A stretch of 64,000 bases of DNA from a virus. Lineage: Duplodnaviria; Caudoviricetes. Positions 1 through 9,458 of this stretch are shown here, one piece after another. The stretch covers positions 9,824 through 73,823 of the IMG/VR virus record IMGVR_UViG_2634166419_000001; one strand, given 5' to 3'. The notes below the pieces were generated by a model. It saw only the letters and a list, made by a program, of their open reading frames with translations. It did not search any database and was not told the DNA's origin. The translations under genes were made by a program, and so were the position numbers. Position 1 is the first letter of the stretch. The number at the start of each line of letters is the position of its first letter.

Positions 1-79
1 AAGTGTTATTGATTTGTGTTGTTGTCAACCGAAAAATTAAATGCACTTTACTGGAGATTAAAATCAAAAAATAGAAAAA

Positions 80-517
80 TTGAAAGGTCGTGGAAATGTG
101 ATTGAATTTTTTATGCCGATGAAAATTCCGACGGTTACTCACCAACAGAAAAAAGTAGCGGTCAAAAATGGAAAGCCAATTTTTTACGAAGATAAAAGAT
201 TGCAAGATGCACGCGAAAAATTTATGAGTTACTTATCTCATTTTGTTCCAGACGAACGTATTGAAAATGTGCCTATCAGATTGACAACTAAATGGCTATT
301 TGAATCTGGAAATTTAGTTAAGCATTATGATGGGGAATATAAAATTACCAAGCCTGATACAGATAATTTAGTCAAGTTGCTAAAAGATTGCATGACGGAA
401 TCTCAATTTTGGAAAGATGATGCTTTAGTGGCTAGTGAAATCATCGAAAAATTTTGGGCGAAGACACCAGGAATATATGTCAAAGTCGAGGTATTAGACA
501 ATGGATTTTTGGGTTAG
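80..517 (+). CDS. rusA: RusA-family Holliday junction resolvase
   Basis: KPDTDNLVKLLKDCM...WKDDALV motif; true start is probably slightly downstream of 80. Confidence 0.88.
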   Translation: MKGRGNVIEFFMPMKIPTVTHQQKKVAVKNGKPIFYEDKRLQDAREKFMSYLSHFVPDERIENVPIRLTTKWLFESGNLVKHYDGEYKITKPDTDNLVKLLKDCMTESQFWKDDALVASEIIEKFWAKTPGIYVKVEVLDNGFLG

Positions 518-734
518 CTTTTTCAAAGACTTGTTAAGATGGATGCAACAATCGAATCGACAAGCAGCTAATTTCCCGATTACCACAGACGAGTATTGGA
601 ATTGGGCGTTGGAGAGTTTGGGGAAATTAGAAGTGAAATATCAACGGCATCCGTTAGTGGTCAAAATTTTAACAGCAGTTTTAGAATATCAAGATGAAAA
701 TTTTAGAAAGGAAAGCGATCAGAATGGTAAATAA
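501..734 (+). CDS. Phage hypothetical protein
   Basis: ORF with overlapping start/stop in the early operon. Confidence 0.6.
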   Translation: MDFWVSFFKDLLRWMQQSNRQAANFPITTDEYWNWALESLGKLEVKYQRHPLVVKILTAVLEYQDENFRKESDQNGK

Positions 735-879
735 AAAATGCACCTTATGCAACGGAACAGGTCGCATCGTCACACACAGCGAGAATTTGATTACTGTTCG
801 AGCGTGTCCGAGATGCAATAAACGAGGAACAGTAGTTAATGTCGGAAAAATTAATCAGGAATGGATGCGAAGATTATGA
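724..879 (+). CDS. Small zinc-finger protein (CxxCxGxG...CxxC)
   Basis: CTLCNGTG...CPRC; homolog at 36448-36606; ATG at 724 after a GGAAAG RBS. Confidence 0.7.
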   Translation: MVNKKCTLCNGTGRIVTHSENLITVRACPRCNKRGTVVNVGKINQEWMRRL

Positions 880-1088
880 TGAAGATTACTGTAGAATATC
901 CACCGTCGGCTAAAGGCGAGCATTTTATCGAGCCGTATCTGATTATTAATTATACCGTGACAGTTGGTGGAACGATGATACAGTTGACGGATGGAAAGAT
1001 TTTAAAAATCAAAGAAAGCTATAGCTATGTGGATAATTTTGTGACACAAGCGAATATGGAGGCGACGAGATATGGAAGAATTAATTAA
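861..1088 (+). CDS. Phage hypothetical protein
   Basis: Nearly identical copy at 36588-36815. Confidence 0.7.
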   Translation: MDAKIMMKITVEYPPSAKGEHFIEPYLIINYTVTVGGTMIQLTDGKILKIKESYSYVDNFVTQANMEATRYGRIN

Positions 1089-1551
1089 AAAAGTACAAGA
1101 ATGGAGTATCGAGAGAGGGCTAAATACTGCTGATCCAAACAAACAACGATTGAAGTTGTGGGAAGAATTTGGCGAGTTAAATGCAGCGATTGCTAGAGAT
1201 AATCGTAAAGATGCGATTGACGCTATTGGCGATATGATAGTCGTGATGATTATTTATAAGCAACAACTAGGGTATGACAGCAATGATGTGTTTTGTCCAA
1301 GAAAAGATAACGTTGACCTTCTTTCTAGATTAGACGATACCTCATTGATTGATTGTATCGGACGTGGAATTTCTGACTCACAAAGTTGTATCGAGGGTTT
1401 AGGAATGGTTACTGAAAATCTAACCGTATTAGCGTATCGATTAAATACGAATTTAAAAGAATGTTTAGCTGCTGCATATGATGTGATTAAAGATAGACGT
1501 GGAAAGATGGTAAATGGTGTGTTCGTGAAGGAGTCTGATTTGAATGGCTAA
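1072..1551 (+). CDS. MazG-like nucleotide pyrophosphohydrolase
   Basis: KLWEEFGEL...DAIGD and ECLAAAYDVIKDRRGKMVNGVFVKE phage MazG-like motifs. Confidence 0.85.
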   Translation: MEELIKKVQEWSIERGLNTADPNKQRLKLWEEFGELNAAIARDNRKDAIDAIGDMIVVMIIYKQQLGYDSNDVFCPRKDNVDLLSRLDDTSLIDCIGRGISDSQSCIEGLGMVTENLTVLAYRLNTNLKECLAAAYDVIKDRRGKMVNGVFVKESDLNG

Positions 1552-1684
1552 ATCACAGAACAGATGGAATAAAGTTTATCAGAAACAACGCAACAACCAA
1601 CTCATGCGAGCGTGGAATAAATCAAAGAAAGAAGTGATTTCCGGTGGACAAAGACATAATCAAAGTGTTTTGGGGAAACGTTGA
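1544..1684 (+). CDS. 46-aa basic phage protein (not in the ORF track)
   Basis: MAKSQNRWNKVYQKQRNNQLMRAWNKSKKE...; conserved with many synonymous changes at 37642-37782. Confidence 0.6.
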   Translation: MAKSQNRWNKVYQKQRNNQLMRAWNKSKKEVISGGQRHNQSVLGKR

Positions 1685-1856
1685 TTGGCATAGAAGAAAC
1701 AAAAATATACCATGGAGTGCTTTTTACTCTGGCGCTAACGGTGTGAGTAAAATGAAGAATCATGAGTTGAATGTTACGCTGAAAAAAGTGCAAGAAATTG
1801 CTGATAAATTAGATATTGATGATTATACAATCTTATTTGAAAGGGGTTACGACTGA
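1644..1856 (+). CDS. Small HTH-like phage protein
   Basis: NVTLKKVQEIADKLDI resembles an XRE HTH C-terminus; homolog at 37742-37954. Confidence 0.65.
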   Translation: MDKDIIKVFWGNVDWHRRNKNIPWSAFYSGANGVSKMKNHELNVTLKKVQEIADKLDIDDYTILFERGYD

Positions 1857-2524
1857 TGCCGACAGCCGAGTATTACCAGGCGATTAAATTATTAAATGAT
1901 AAATGCGAAGATAACTGGGTAATTGCTATGGATATGTGCAGCGAAGAAGAAAAGAAATTTATTATCGAATCTATCGGTGGCGATAAATACGTACAAGACG
2001 GATTTAAGGAAATTACCTTGAGAAAATGCGACGATGGTCTTTTAAGACGACATAAGCACATATACAAGCATCATCCAAAGTATTCGAATATTTTAGTCAG
2101 CAATAATGGCCGAATATTTAGAATTGAAGAGAAAGTCAGCGAAAGTCAATTTGAAGTAACCTATACAACTAAACGCTACAGTCGTATTTCGTGCAACCAT
2201 AGCGGAAATCCTACAATATCTTTTTTAGGCGCACCAGTTTTAATCAAAAATATTGTCTATGATACATTTGTTGGTGACAGAAAGAAAAATGAAATAATCA
2301 TAAATATTAATGGCGATAAGCGAGATAATCGCTTGAGTAATTTAAAAATAGAAACGCCATTAGACAGGTTTATGAGTCACGAGCTATACCCATACCTAGA
2401 CGAAATTGTGGAAATGCAGAAACGTAATGTAGCATTAAAATTTATAGCCGGTAAATTCGAAGTGACACGAAGTAAGTTGGTTTGGTTTTTGAGTAATGCT
2501 AGAAAGCTAGGAGTGATTGAATGA
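1856..2524 (+). CDS. Degenerate NUMOD4/HNH-like protein
   Basis: VSNNGRI and ININGDKRDNRLSNL; the catalytic His is absent; homolog at 37954-38625. Confidence 0.65.
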   Translation: MPTAEYYQAIKLLNDKCEDNWVIAMDMCSEEEKKFIIESIGGDKYVQDGFKEITLRKCDDGLLRRHKHIYKHHPKYSNILVSNNGRIFRIEEKVSESQFEVTYTTKRYSRISCNHSGNPTISFLGAPVLIKNIVYDTFVGDRKKNEIIININGDKRDNRLSNLKIETPLDRFMSHELYPYLDEIVEMQKRNVALKFIAGKFEVTRSKLVWFLSNARKLGVIE

Positions 2525-2631
2525 TGAAGATAATTGAAAGGGCGATTTTTATTAGTACATATCCAGTAGAGAGAAAATAGTGTGGACACCTCCTCCGCCA
2601 GATTATCTTAACGCAAAGGAGCATAAGAATT

Positions 2632-3045
2632 TTGAATAGAAATTTAACAAGTTACCTTGAAGAAAAATTTAAGCTATATCCAAAGTATCCATCAATGATT
2701 GCTAGACGAAGAGCAGAGTTGGAATGCAGAAAAGAAGTTGACGAATCGTTGTCAATAAGTAAATCTAACTATGGAAATCACGAAGAAAATAAACGAGTTA
2801 AAATTTTAGATGATGCAGCAATTAATAATTATTATCGGCTATACAAAGGTGTTGAAAAAACATTAGAATATTTAGAGAAAAAAGATCCAGAAAAACGAAC
2901 GTTAATCGAAGATAGATACTGGGGAGAACATTCGTGGAAAAACTGGAAAGAATACGCTGAATCAATTAATTACTCAGTAAGAAGTGCGTATCGATTGCGA
3001 GATGAAGTGTTGGCAATCTTTGCAGAAAAAATTGGTGAGTTTTAA
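2632..3045 (+). CDS. Late transcription activator (RinA-like)
   Basis: Last gene before the packaging module; C-terminal HTH (YSVRSAYRLRDEVLAIFAE). Confidence 0.75.
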   Translation: MNRNLTSYLEEKFKLYPKYPSMIARRRAELECRKEVDESLSISKSNYGNHEENKRVKILDDAAINNYYRLYKGVEKTLEYLEKKDPEKRTLIEDRYWGEHSWKNWKEYAESINYSVRSAYRLRDEVLAIFAEKIGEF

Positions 3046-3180
3046 AAGTTGGCACAAAACAATATAGAATTGACAAGCATATTGAATTATTATGATAGCA
3101 TAAGGTTTTAAGGGAAAGGATAGTATATATCCTTGGCATCCTCCTTATGGTTCCCTGTTTTCATTCAATACCCTCAATAT

Positions 3181-3211
3181 GGCATCCACAGAACGTGGGT
3201 GTCTTTATTTT
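3181..3211 (+). terminator. Rho-independent terminator in the late leader
   Basis: GGCATCCAC-AGAAC-GTGGGTGTC followed by TTTATTTT. Confidence 0.6.
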
Positions 3212-3224
3212 GCAGAAAGGACGG

Positions 3225-3347
3225 ATGAAAATGTTGCTATTAAAATTAATCGGTTATGCATTTGGAATATTAATCGTAGTAGCTATCGTATGTATGATAG
3301 CGGCTATTATCATGGCTACCTTCGACGAGAGCAAGCACGACCGGTAG
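3225..3347 (+). CDS. Small single-TM phage protein
   Basis: AAAGGA RBS then ATG; hydrophobic helix LIGYAFGILIVVAIVCMIAAIIM. Confidence 0.5.
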   Translation: MKMLLLKLIGYAFGILIVVAIVCMIAAIIMATFDESKHDR

Positions 3348-3387
3348 CTAAATAATATGATTAATCAAACACGGGGAGGTTGGACGG

Positions 3388-3729
3388 ATGAGAGCTGATA
3401 GAGTAGGACAACATCGTACAGCTTTTGAGAAAAACCGAAAGCGCATATTAATGACTGAGAACACTTGTGGGATATGTGGTCAACCGGTCGATAAGAACCT
3501 CAAACCACCACATCCATTGAGCCCAGTCATAGACCATATCATTCCGATTAATAAAGGTGGACATCCATCAGATATTAATAACTTACAGCTTGCTCATTGG
3601 CAGTGCAACAGAGCGAAGTCTGACAAGCTGTTCAATTCAAAGGAAATCAAAACAGAAACAAAAACTAATGTAATAGGCAATCGAAATCTGCCTCAAAGCA
3701 TTGATTGGTTAAATTATAGAAGTAAATGA
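3388..3729 (+). CDS. Packaging-associated HNH endonuclease
   Basis: CGICG...DHIIPINKGG...NLQLAHWQCNRAK; located at the start of the packaging module. Confidence 0.9.
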   Translation: MRADRVGQHRTAFEKNRKRILMTENTCGICGQPVDKNLKPPHPLSPVIDHIIPINKGGHPSDINNLQLAHWQCNRAKSDKLFNSKEIKTETKTNVIGNRNLPQSIDWLNYRSK

Positions 3730-3741
3730 GCGATAAGGTAT

Positions 3742-3810
3742 AGCGGGGTGGGTACCCCTTGAATTGTTGCTTAGCACTTCACGCCGTCATTGCAAGTTTT
3801 TTCTCGCGCG
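3742..3810. other. Candidate cos/packaging-start region
   Basis: GC-rich GGGGTGGGTACCCC stretch directly after the HNH gene, the usual cos position in such phages; the cut site cannot be determined. Confidence 0.35.
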
Positions 3811-3830
3811 AGATGAAAGGAGTATGAAAA

Positions 3831-5060
3831 ATGCCATATAAAGGTATAGATTATTTAAAAAGAAAGCTGATTTCAAAGCGTTCTAGGGTTCAGTTGCGTT
3901 ATAAACAATACGCGATGAAGCATAGTGATTATGAAGTAGGTATCACTATTCCAACTGAAATAAGACAGAGATATAAAGCTGTGATGGGATGGTGTGCGAA
4001 AGGCGTAGATGCCTTAGCTGACCGTTTGATGTTTCGAGAATTTGAGAATGACGATTTTGAAGTAAATGAGATTTTCCATGCTAACAATCCAGATATCTTT
4101 TTTGACAGCGCAGTGCTTTCAGCTTTGATTGCATCGTGCTGTTTTGTCTATGTATCTAGTGGCGACGATGGTATGCCAAGATTACAAATCATCGAGGCGA
4201 GCGATGCTACTGGAGTTATTGATCCAATTACCGGATTATTAACAGAGGGATACGCTGTCCTTCAAAGAGACGATAACGATTTACCAATTTTAGAAGCGTA
4301 TTTTCTAAAGGAACGTACTTGGTTTTATCCAAAAGACGGCAAGGCTTATAGCATCGAAAATAAAGCAGGCATTCCATTGCTAGTGCCAATTATCCATCGT
4401 CCTGATGCAGTCCGTCCGTTTGGTCGTTCAAGAATTACGCGTTCTGCGATGTATTATCAAAGATACGCTAAACGAACGATGGAACGTGCAGATATTACTG
4501 CTGAATTCTATTCATTTCCACAAAAATATGTAGTAGGACTTTCACAAGACGCTGAACCGATGGATACTTGGAAAGCAACTGTTTCATCAATGCTGCAATT
4601 TACAAAGGATGATGAAGGGGGTAATCCTACTCTTGGTCAATTTAGTACATCAAATATGTCACCTTTTACTGAGCAGCTTAGAACAGCAGCTGCTGGTTTT
4701 GCTGGGGAAATGGGATTAACCTTGGATGATTTGGGGTTTGTGTCAGACAATCCTTCAAGTGTAGAAGCGATTAAAGCTAGTCATGAGGGGTTGCGTTTAG
4801 CCGGTAAGAAAGCACAGAGAAGTCTAGGCTCAGGACTACTTAACGTAGCTTATGTGGCAGTCTGTCTAAGAGATGAGTTCACATACACTCGGACAAGATT
4901 CATGGACACCATTCCTAAATGGGAACCACTATTTGAAGCCGATGCATCTGCTTTAGGTCTTATTGGCGACGCAGCAATCAAACTGAATCAAGCTATTCCA
5001 GGATTGGTAGATGAAGCGATGATTCGTGATTATACGGGTATGGGTGGTAAAAATGGATAA
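3831..5060 (+). CDS. Portal protein
   Basis: RPFGRSRI and AEFYSFPQK motifs of r1t/streptococcal-type portals. Confidence 0.88.
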   Translation: MPYKGIDYLKRKLISKRSRVQLRYKQYAMKHSDYEVGITIPTEIRQRYKAVMGWCAKGVDALADRLMFREFENDDFEVNEIFHANNPDIFFDSAVLSALIASCCFVYVSSGDDGMPRLQIIEASDATGVIDPITGLLTEGYAVLQRDDNDLPILEAYFLKERTWFYPKDGKAYSIENKAGIPLLVPIIHRPDAVRPFGRSRITRSAMYYQRYAKRTMERADITAEFYSFPQKYVVGLSQDAEPMDTWKATVSSMLQFTKDDEGGNPTLGQFSTSNMSPFTEQLRTAAAGFAGEMGLTLDDLGFVSDNPSSVEAIKASHEGLRLAGKKAQRSLGSGLLNVAYVAVCLRDEFTYTRTRFMDTIPKWEPLFEADASALGLIGDAAIKLNQAIPGLVDEAMIRDYTGMGGKNG

Positions 5061-5769
5061 AGATATTGTACCTGAATTACTTGAGAAGATAAAAAAAGAA
5101 TTCGAAAAAGAAAAAGTTGCAAACAAAAATATCAATCAATTATTAAAGTTGCTAGATGAGAACAGTGCTACATATTTAGAAGCTAATAAATACGCAATTG
5201 AAATTGGTGAATTGCTTTCTAAAATTCTAAATAGGCATATTACTGTAGAAATACTACCTGATGGTAAGATGTATTTTAATATTGCTGATCGCGTATTAAA
5301 CGAAACACTTAAAAATAATTACGAATTAATTTCTGATTATGCAGAAAATGTACAATATCAATTGAATAAAAAGGCGAATTTAGGAATTAAATCAAAACGT
5401 CCATCTATCAATCAAGATAGAATCGATGGAATTGTAAATAGAATATCTACCGAGGAGTCGTTTGATGATATTAAGTGGATTCTAGGCGATCCGATTGTGA
5501 ATTTCAGTCAGAGTATTGTTGATGAATTCATTAAATCAAACGTTGAATTTCACAATGAAATAGGATTAGAACCAGAAATCAAAAGAATTGCAGTTGGAAA
5601 AGCGTGCAAATGGTGTAGAAGCCTAGAGGGAAGTTATAGTTATCCTGATAATGTACCAAAAGATGTGTATCATCGACACGAGAATTGTCGCTGTATGGTA
5701 GATTATCACCCGAAAGATAGTAGAGGAAAACAAAACGTCTGGAACAAGAGTTGGACAAAAAATATTTAG
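5053..5769 (+). CDS. Minor capsid / head morphogenesis protein (MuF-like C-terminus)
   Basis: CKWCRSL...RHENCRC; follows the portal gene. Confidence 0.8.
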   Translation: MDKDIVPELLEKIKKEFEKEKVANKNINQLLKLLDENSATYLEANKYAIEIGELLSKILNRHITVEILPDGKMYFNIADRVLNETLKNNYELISDYAENVQYQLNKKANLGIKSKRPSINQDRIDGIVNRISTEESFDDIKWILGDPIVNFSQSIVDEFIKSNVEFHNEIGLEPEIKRIAVGKACKWCRSLEGSYSYPDNVPKDVYHRHENCRCMVDYHPKDSRGKQNVWNKSWTKNI

Positions 5770-5819
5770 TATTCAACTATTATTATCTCACAACGCGTAA
5801 AATAAAGGTGGTGGTCAAG

Positions 5820-5873
5820 ATGAGTGATGAATGGGATGAGTTAGAAGAATTGGAAAATATTGGACTCATCTAA
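5820..5873 (+). CDS. 17-aa acidic micro-ORF (MSDEWDELEELENIGLI)
   Basis: Strong AAAGGTGGTG RBS, ATG and in-frame TAA immediately before terL. Confidence 0.35.
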   Translation: MSDEWDELEELENIGLI

Positions 5874-5895
5874 AAAGATTGAAAGGGGCGATAAA

Positions 5896-7302
5896 ATGAC
5901 CAACAAACGAGTTGGCAATCAAACTCCTACTCAATCGGTAATAATACCATATCAGAAAACTTTAAGCGATGAAGCTGTTAAGTATTATGAGCGCACAGGC
6001 TTGAAATGTTACGATTGGCAGAAAAATTTGCTAGATAGCATTATGGCTATTGATGAAGAAGGCTTGTGGGTACATCAGAAATTCGGATATGCTATACCGC
6101 GTCGAAACGGTAAGACAGAAGTTATCTACATTAAAGAAATATGGGCTTTAGAACAAGGCCTTAACGTCTTACACACTGCGCACCGAATCAGCACTTCTCA
6201 TGCGTCTTTTGAAAAGGTCAAGCGTTATCTTGAAAAGTCTGGGTACGTTGACGGTACGGATTTCAATTCGATTAAAGCTAAAGGTCAAGAACGTATTGAA
6301 TTATATGAATCAGGTGGAGTCATACAATTCCGTACACGTACATCTAGTGGCGGTCTTGGTGAAGGGTTTGACCTTTTAGTAATCGATGAAGCGCAAGAAT
6401 ACACGATGGAACAGGAATCAGCTCTTAAATACACAGTTACCGATTCGGACAATCCACAAACAATCATGTGTGGAACGCCACCAACTCCTGTATCAAGTGG
6501 TACGGTATTTACAAGTTATCGTGATACAGTGCTTGCTGGAGGGGCTAAGTATTCTGGTTGGGCTGAATGGTCTGTTGATAGCCAGAAAGATATTCATGAT
6601 GTGGATGCTTGGTATAATTCCAATCCATCTTTGGGTTATCATTTGTCTGAGCGTAAAATTGAAGCTGAGTTGGGCGATGATAAACTGGACCACAATATCC
6701 AACGTTTAGGATACTGGCCAAAGTATAATCAGAAGTCGGCTATCACTAAAGGCGAATGGGATACTTTAAAAGTCAATGAATTGCCTACGTTTAATGGGCC
6801 GCTCTTCATTGGCATTAAATACGGCAACGATAATACCAACGTGGCGATGAGTGTAGCAGTCAGAACAGATGATAATCGCATTTTTATCGAGACATTAGAC
6901 TGTCAATCAATTAGAAATGGCAACCAGTGGATTATTAATTTTATCAAAAATGCCGATGTGGCTAAGGTAGTAGTCGATGGTGCGAATGGTCAAAAAATTT
7001 TAGCTGATGAATTTAAGGATTTTGGTCTTAAAAAACCGATTATGCCAACAGTTAAAGAAATCATCGTGGCCAACTCATTATGGAGTCAAGCGATTTACCA
7101 AAAAGAATTGTGTCATAATAATCAGCCATCGTTGGCTAAAGTGGCTACCAACTGTGAGAAGCGCAATATTGGCTCGAATGGTGGATTTGGTTATCGGTCA
7201 CAGTTTGATGATATGGATATTAGTTTAATGGATAGTGCACTTTTAGCACATTGGGCTTGCTATACAACCAAGCCAAAGAAAAAACAAAAAATCAGGTATT
7301 AG
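5896..7302 (+). CDS. terL: Terminase large subunit
   Basis: Walker A PRRNGKT, Walker B LLVIDEAQE, coupling motif GTP; ATG at 5896 after AAAGGGG. Confidence 0.93.
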   Translation: MTNKRVGNQTPTQSVIIPYQKTLSDEAVKYYERTGLKCYDWQKNLLDSIMAIDEEGLWVHQKFGYAIPRRNGKTEVIYIKEIWALEQGLNVLHTAHRISTSHASFEKVKRYLEKSGYVDGTDFNSIKAKGQERIELYESGGVIQFRTRTSSGGLGEGFDLLVIDEAQEYTMEQESALKYTVTDSDNPQTIMCGTPPTPVSSGTVFTSYRDTVLAGGAKYSGWAEWSVDSQKDIHDVDAWYNSNPSLGYHLSERKIEAELGDDKLDHNIQRLGYWPKYNQKSAITKGEWDTLKVNELPTFNGPLFIGIKYGNDNTNVAMSVAVRTDDNRIFIETLDCQSIRNGNQWIINFIKNADVAKVVVDGANGQKILADEFKDFGLKKPIMPTVKEIIVANSLWSQAIYQKELCHNNQPSLAKVATNCEKRNIGSNGGFGYRSQFDDMDISLMDSALLAHWACYTTKPKKKQKIRY

Positions 7303-7328
7303 GCATCTCAAAAAGAGGTGCTTTTTTA
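7301..7328 (+). terminator. Terminator after terL
   Basis: GGCATCTC-AAAAA-GAGGTGCT followed by a T-run. Confidence 0.6.
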
Positions 7329-7368
7329 ATACAAAAATTACCGAACTGCCGGGTAAGCAGGAGAAAGG

Positions 7369-7845
7369 ATGTTTGGAATGTCATTTAAAACAATCGAAAC
7401 ACAAGAAGAGTTGGACAATATTCTTAAAGAGCGTTTAGCACGTCAAAAACAGCAATATGAAGAACAATTGCAAGGATATGGCCAGCTTAAGACTCAATAT
7501 GAGGATTTACAAAAAGAAGCTGCTGGATTTAAGTCAGCGTTAGAAGAAGCTACGCAGAAAGCAAACACAAGTGAGCAATCAATCGCAGATCTGCAATCAA
7601 AGGTAACGAGCTATGAACAAGCTCAATTAAGAACGAAAATCGCCTTACAACAAGGATTGCCATTTGAATTAGCTGATAGATTGGCCGGAACTAATGAAGA
7701 CGAATTGAAGGCAGATGCAGAACGTTTAGCAGGATTTTTAACACCAAAAGAACCGACTGCACCATTAAAAAGTGTGGAAGAACCAGGTATTGTCGGTGAA
7801 AATGCTGCTTATCGTTCAATGTTGCAAAATTTAAGCAAAGATTAA
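7369..7845 (+). CDS. Capsid scaffolding protein (DUF4355-like)
   Basis: TQEELDNILKERLAR; coiled-coil; precedes the major capsid gene. Confidence 0.85.
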   Translation: MFGMSFKTIETQEELDNILKERLARQKQQYEEQLQGYGQLKTQYEDLQKEAAGFKSALEEATQKANTSEQSIADLQSKVTSYEQAQLRTKIALQQGLPFELADRLAGTNEDELKADAERLAGFLTPKEPTAPLKSVEEPGIVGENAAYRSMLQNLSKD

Positions 7846-7860
7846 AGGAGAGAAAATATT

Positions 7861-8766
7861 ATGACAGACAACTCATTAAAAGCAGGAACACTATTTAAAC
7901 CGGAATTAGTAAAAGAATTAATTTCTAAAGTACAAGGGAAATCAGTTTTAGCGAAATTATCAGCGCAAACACCTATTCCTTTTAACGGAACAGAACAGTT
8001 TATTTTTAATTTAGAAGGCAATGCTCAAATTGTCGGTGAAGGTGCGCAAAAAGGCGCAGGCGAAGCGACTTTGACTTCTAAAGTGATTAAACCTATTAAA
8101 TTCGTCTATCAAGCACGTATCACTGATGAATTTAAGTATGCTTCTGAAGAAAAGCAAATCCAATACTTACAATCATTTAGCGATGGATTTGCTAAGAAAA
8201 TTGCTGAAGCGTTTGATATTGCAGCTTTACATGGATTAGAACCAAAATCAATGGCGGATGCAAGCTTTAGAGCGACCAACTCATTTGATGGTCAAATTAC
8301 AGCCAACGTAGTAACTTATGCTGAAGCTACTTTTGACGATAATATTGAAGCAGCAGTGCAACAAGTGACTGCTAAAGGTGGAGAGGTTACAGGTATCGCG
8401 CTATCTCCTGTCGGTGGCCAAGCGTTAGCTAAAATTAAAGATACAAATAAAAATCCGTTATACCCAGAGTTCCGCTTTGGTCAAAACCCTAACTCATTCT
8501 ATGGTATGGCATCCGATATTAATAAGAACTTAACTGTAACTGGCGGAACAGCTGAAACAGACCACGCTATTGTTGGTGATTTCCAAAATATGTTCAAATG
8601 GGGTTACGCAGAAAATATTCCGTTAGAAATTATCGAATACGGCGATCCTGATGGTGCTGGTCGCGACTTGAAAGCATATAACGAAATCTGTTTACGTGCT
8701 GAAGCATTTATCGGATGGGGTATTTTAGACACAGATGCATTTGCTCGTGTAAAAGCAGGTGCCTAG
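7861..8766 (+). CDS. Major capsid protein (HK97 fold)
   Basis: Size, position, VGEG and GDFQN...NEICLRAE motifs. Confidence 0.92.
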   Translation: MTDNSLKAGTLFKPELVKELISKVQGKSVLAKLSAQTPIPFNGTEQFIFNLEGNAQIVGEGAQKGAGEATLTSKVIKPIKFVYQARITDEFKYASEEKQIQYLQSFSDGFAKKIAEAFDIAALHGLEPKSMADASFRATNSFDGQITANVVTYAEATFDDNIEAAVQQVTAKGGEVTGIALSPVGGQALAKIKDTNKNPLYPEFRFGQNPNSFYGMASDINKNLTVTGGTAETDHAIVGDFQNMFKWGYAENIPLEIIEYGDPDGAGRDLKAYNEICLRAEAFIGWGILDTDAFARVKAGA

Positions 8767-8778
8767 AGGTGATTTACT

Positions 8779-9054
8779 ATGAGATATAAAGATATCAAAA
8801 CAGGCGCTATCATCGTAACTGATAGCGTCCTTGGTGGTGATTGGGTGCCAGCTGATGAATTAGCTGCAAACGTCGAAAAAGAACCATCAGAAATTGGAAA
8901 AGAGCCTGATGTAGCAGAAGAAGTAGTTGAAGAAGATGAAAAACTTGATGAATTGACCGTAGCAGAATTAAAAGCTCGACTAGATGAAATGGGTGTAACT
9001 TATCCAAATAGTGCTAGAAAACAAGATTTGATTGATATCTTATCTCAATTTTAG
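8779..9054 (+). CDS. HeH/LEM-domain phage protein
   Basis: LTVAELKARLDEMGVTYPNSARKQDLI. Confidence 0.7.
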   Translation: MRYKDIKTGAIIVTDSVLGGDWVPADELAANVEKEPSEIGKEPDVAEEVVEEDEKLDELTVAELKARLDEMGVTYPNSARKQDLIDILSQF

Positions 9055-9065
9055 GTGGTGGTAAG

Positions 9066-9458
9066 ATGAATTTTGCAACCATTGATGACTTATCTCAACT
9101 TTGGCGACCTCTGAAACCAGGGGAGATAGAACGAGCAGAATCATTGCTAACAGTCGTATCTGATTCGCTAAGGATTGAAGCTCAAAAAGTTGGTAAAGAT
9201 TTAGATGTATTAGTGGCTGATAGTGTGTCTTTTGCTAATGTAGTTAAATCGGTAACGGTCGATGTTGTCGCTCGTACATTGATGACTTCTACGGACCAGG
9301 AACCAATGACTCAGGTTACAGAAAGTGCTTTGGGATATTCAGTTCAGGGTTCTTTTCTTGTTCCTGGTGGTGGTTTATTTATCAAAAATAGCGAATTGGC
9401 ACGATTGGGATTGCGTAGGCAGAGATATGGAGTGATGGAACTATATGACTATGATTAA
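9066..9458 (+). CDS. Head-tail connector (Gp19/Gp15/Gp42-like)
   Basis: FATIDDL N-terminus; position after capsid genes. Confidence 0.8.
   Translation: MNFATIDDLSQLWRPLKPGEIERAESLLTVVSDSLRIEAQKVGKDLDVLVADSVSFANVVKSVTVDVVARTLMTSTDQEPMTQVTESALGYSVQGSFLVPGGGLFIKNSELARLGLRRQRYGVMELYDYD

Noticed and set aside
903-913. CCGTCGGCTAA (also near 36630) as a second, remote VR
   Set aside because: Only ~11 nt similar to the TR, with a non-adenine mismatch. No second VR was noticed by eye, including in the prophage 1 tail spike.
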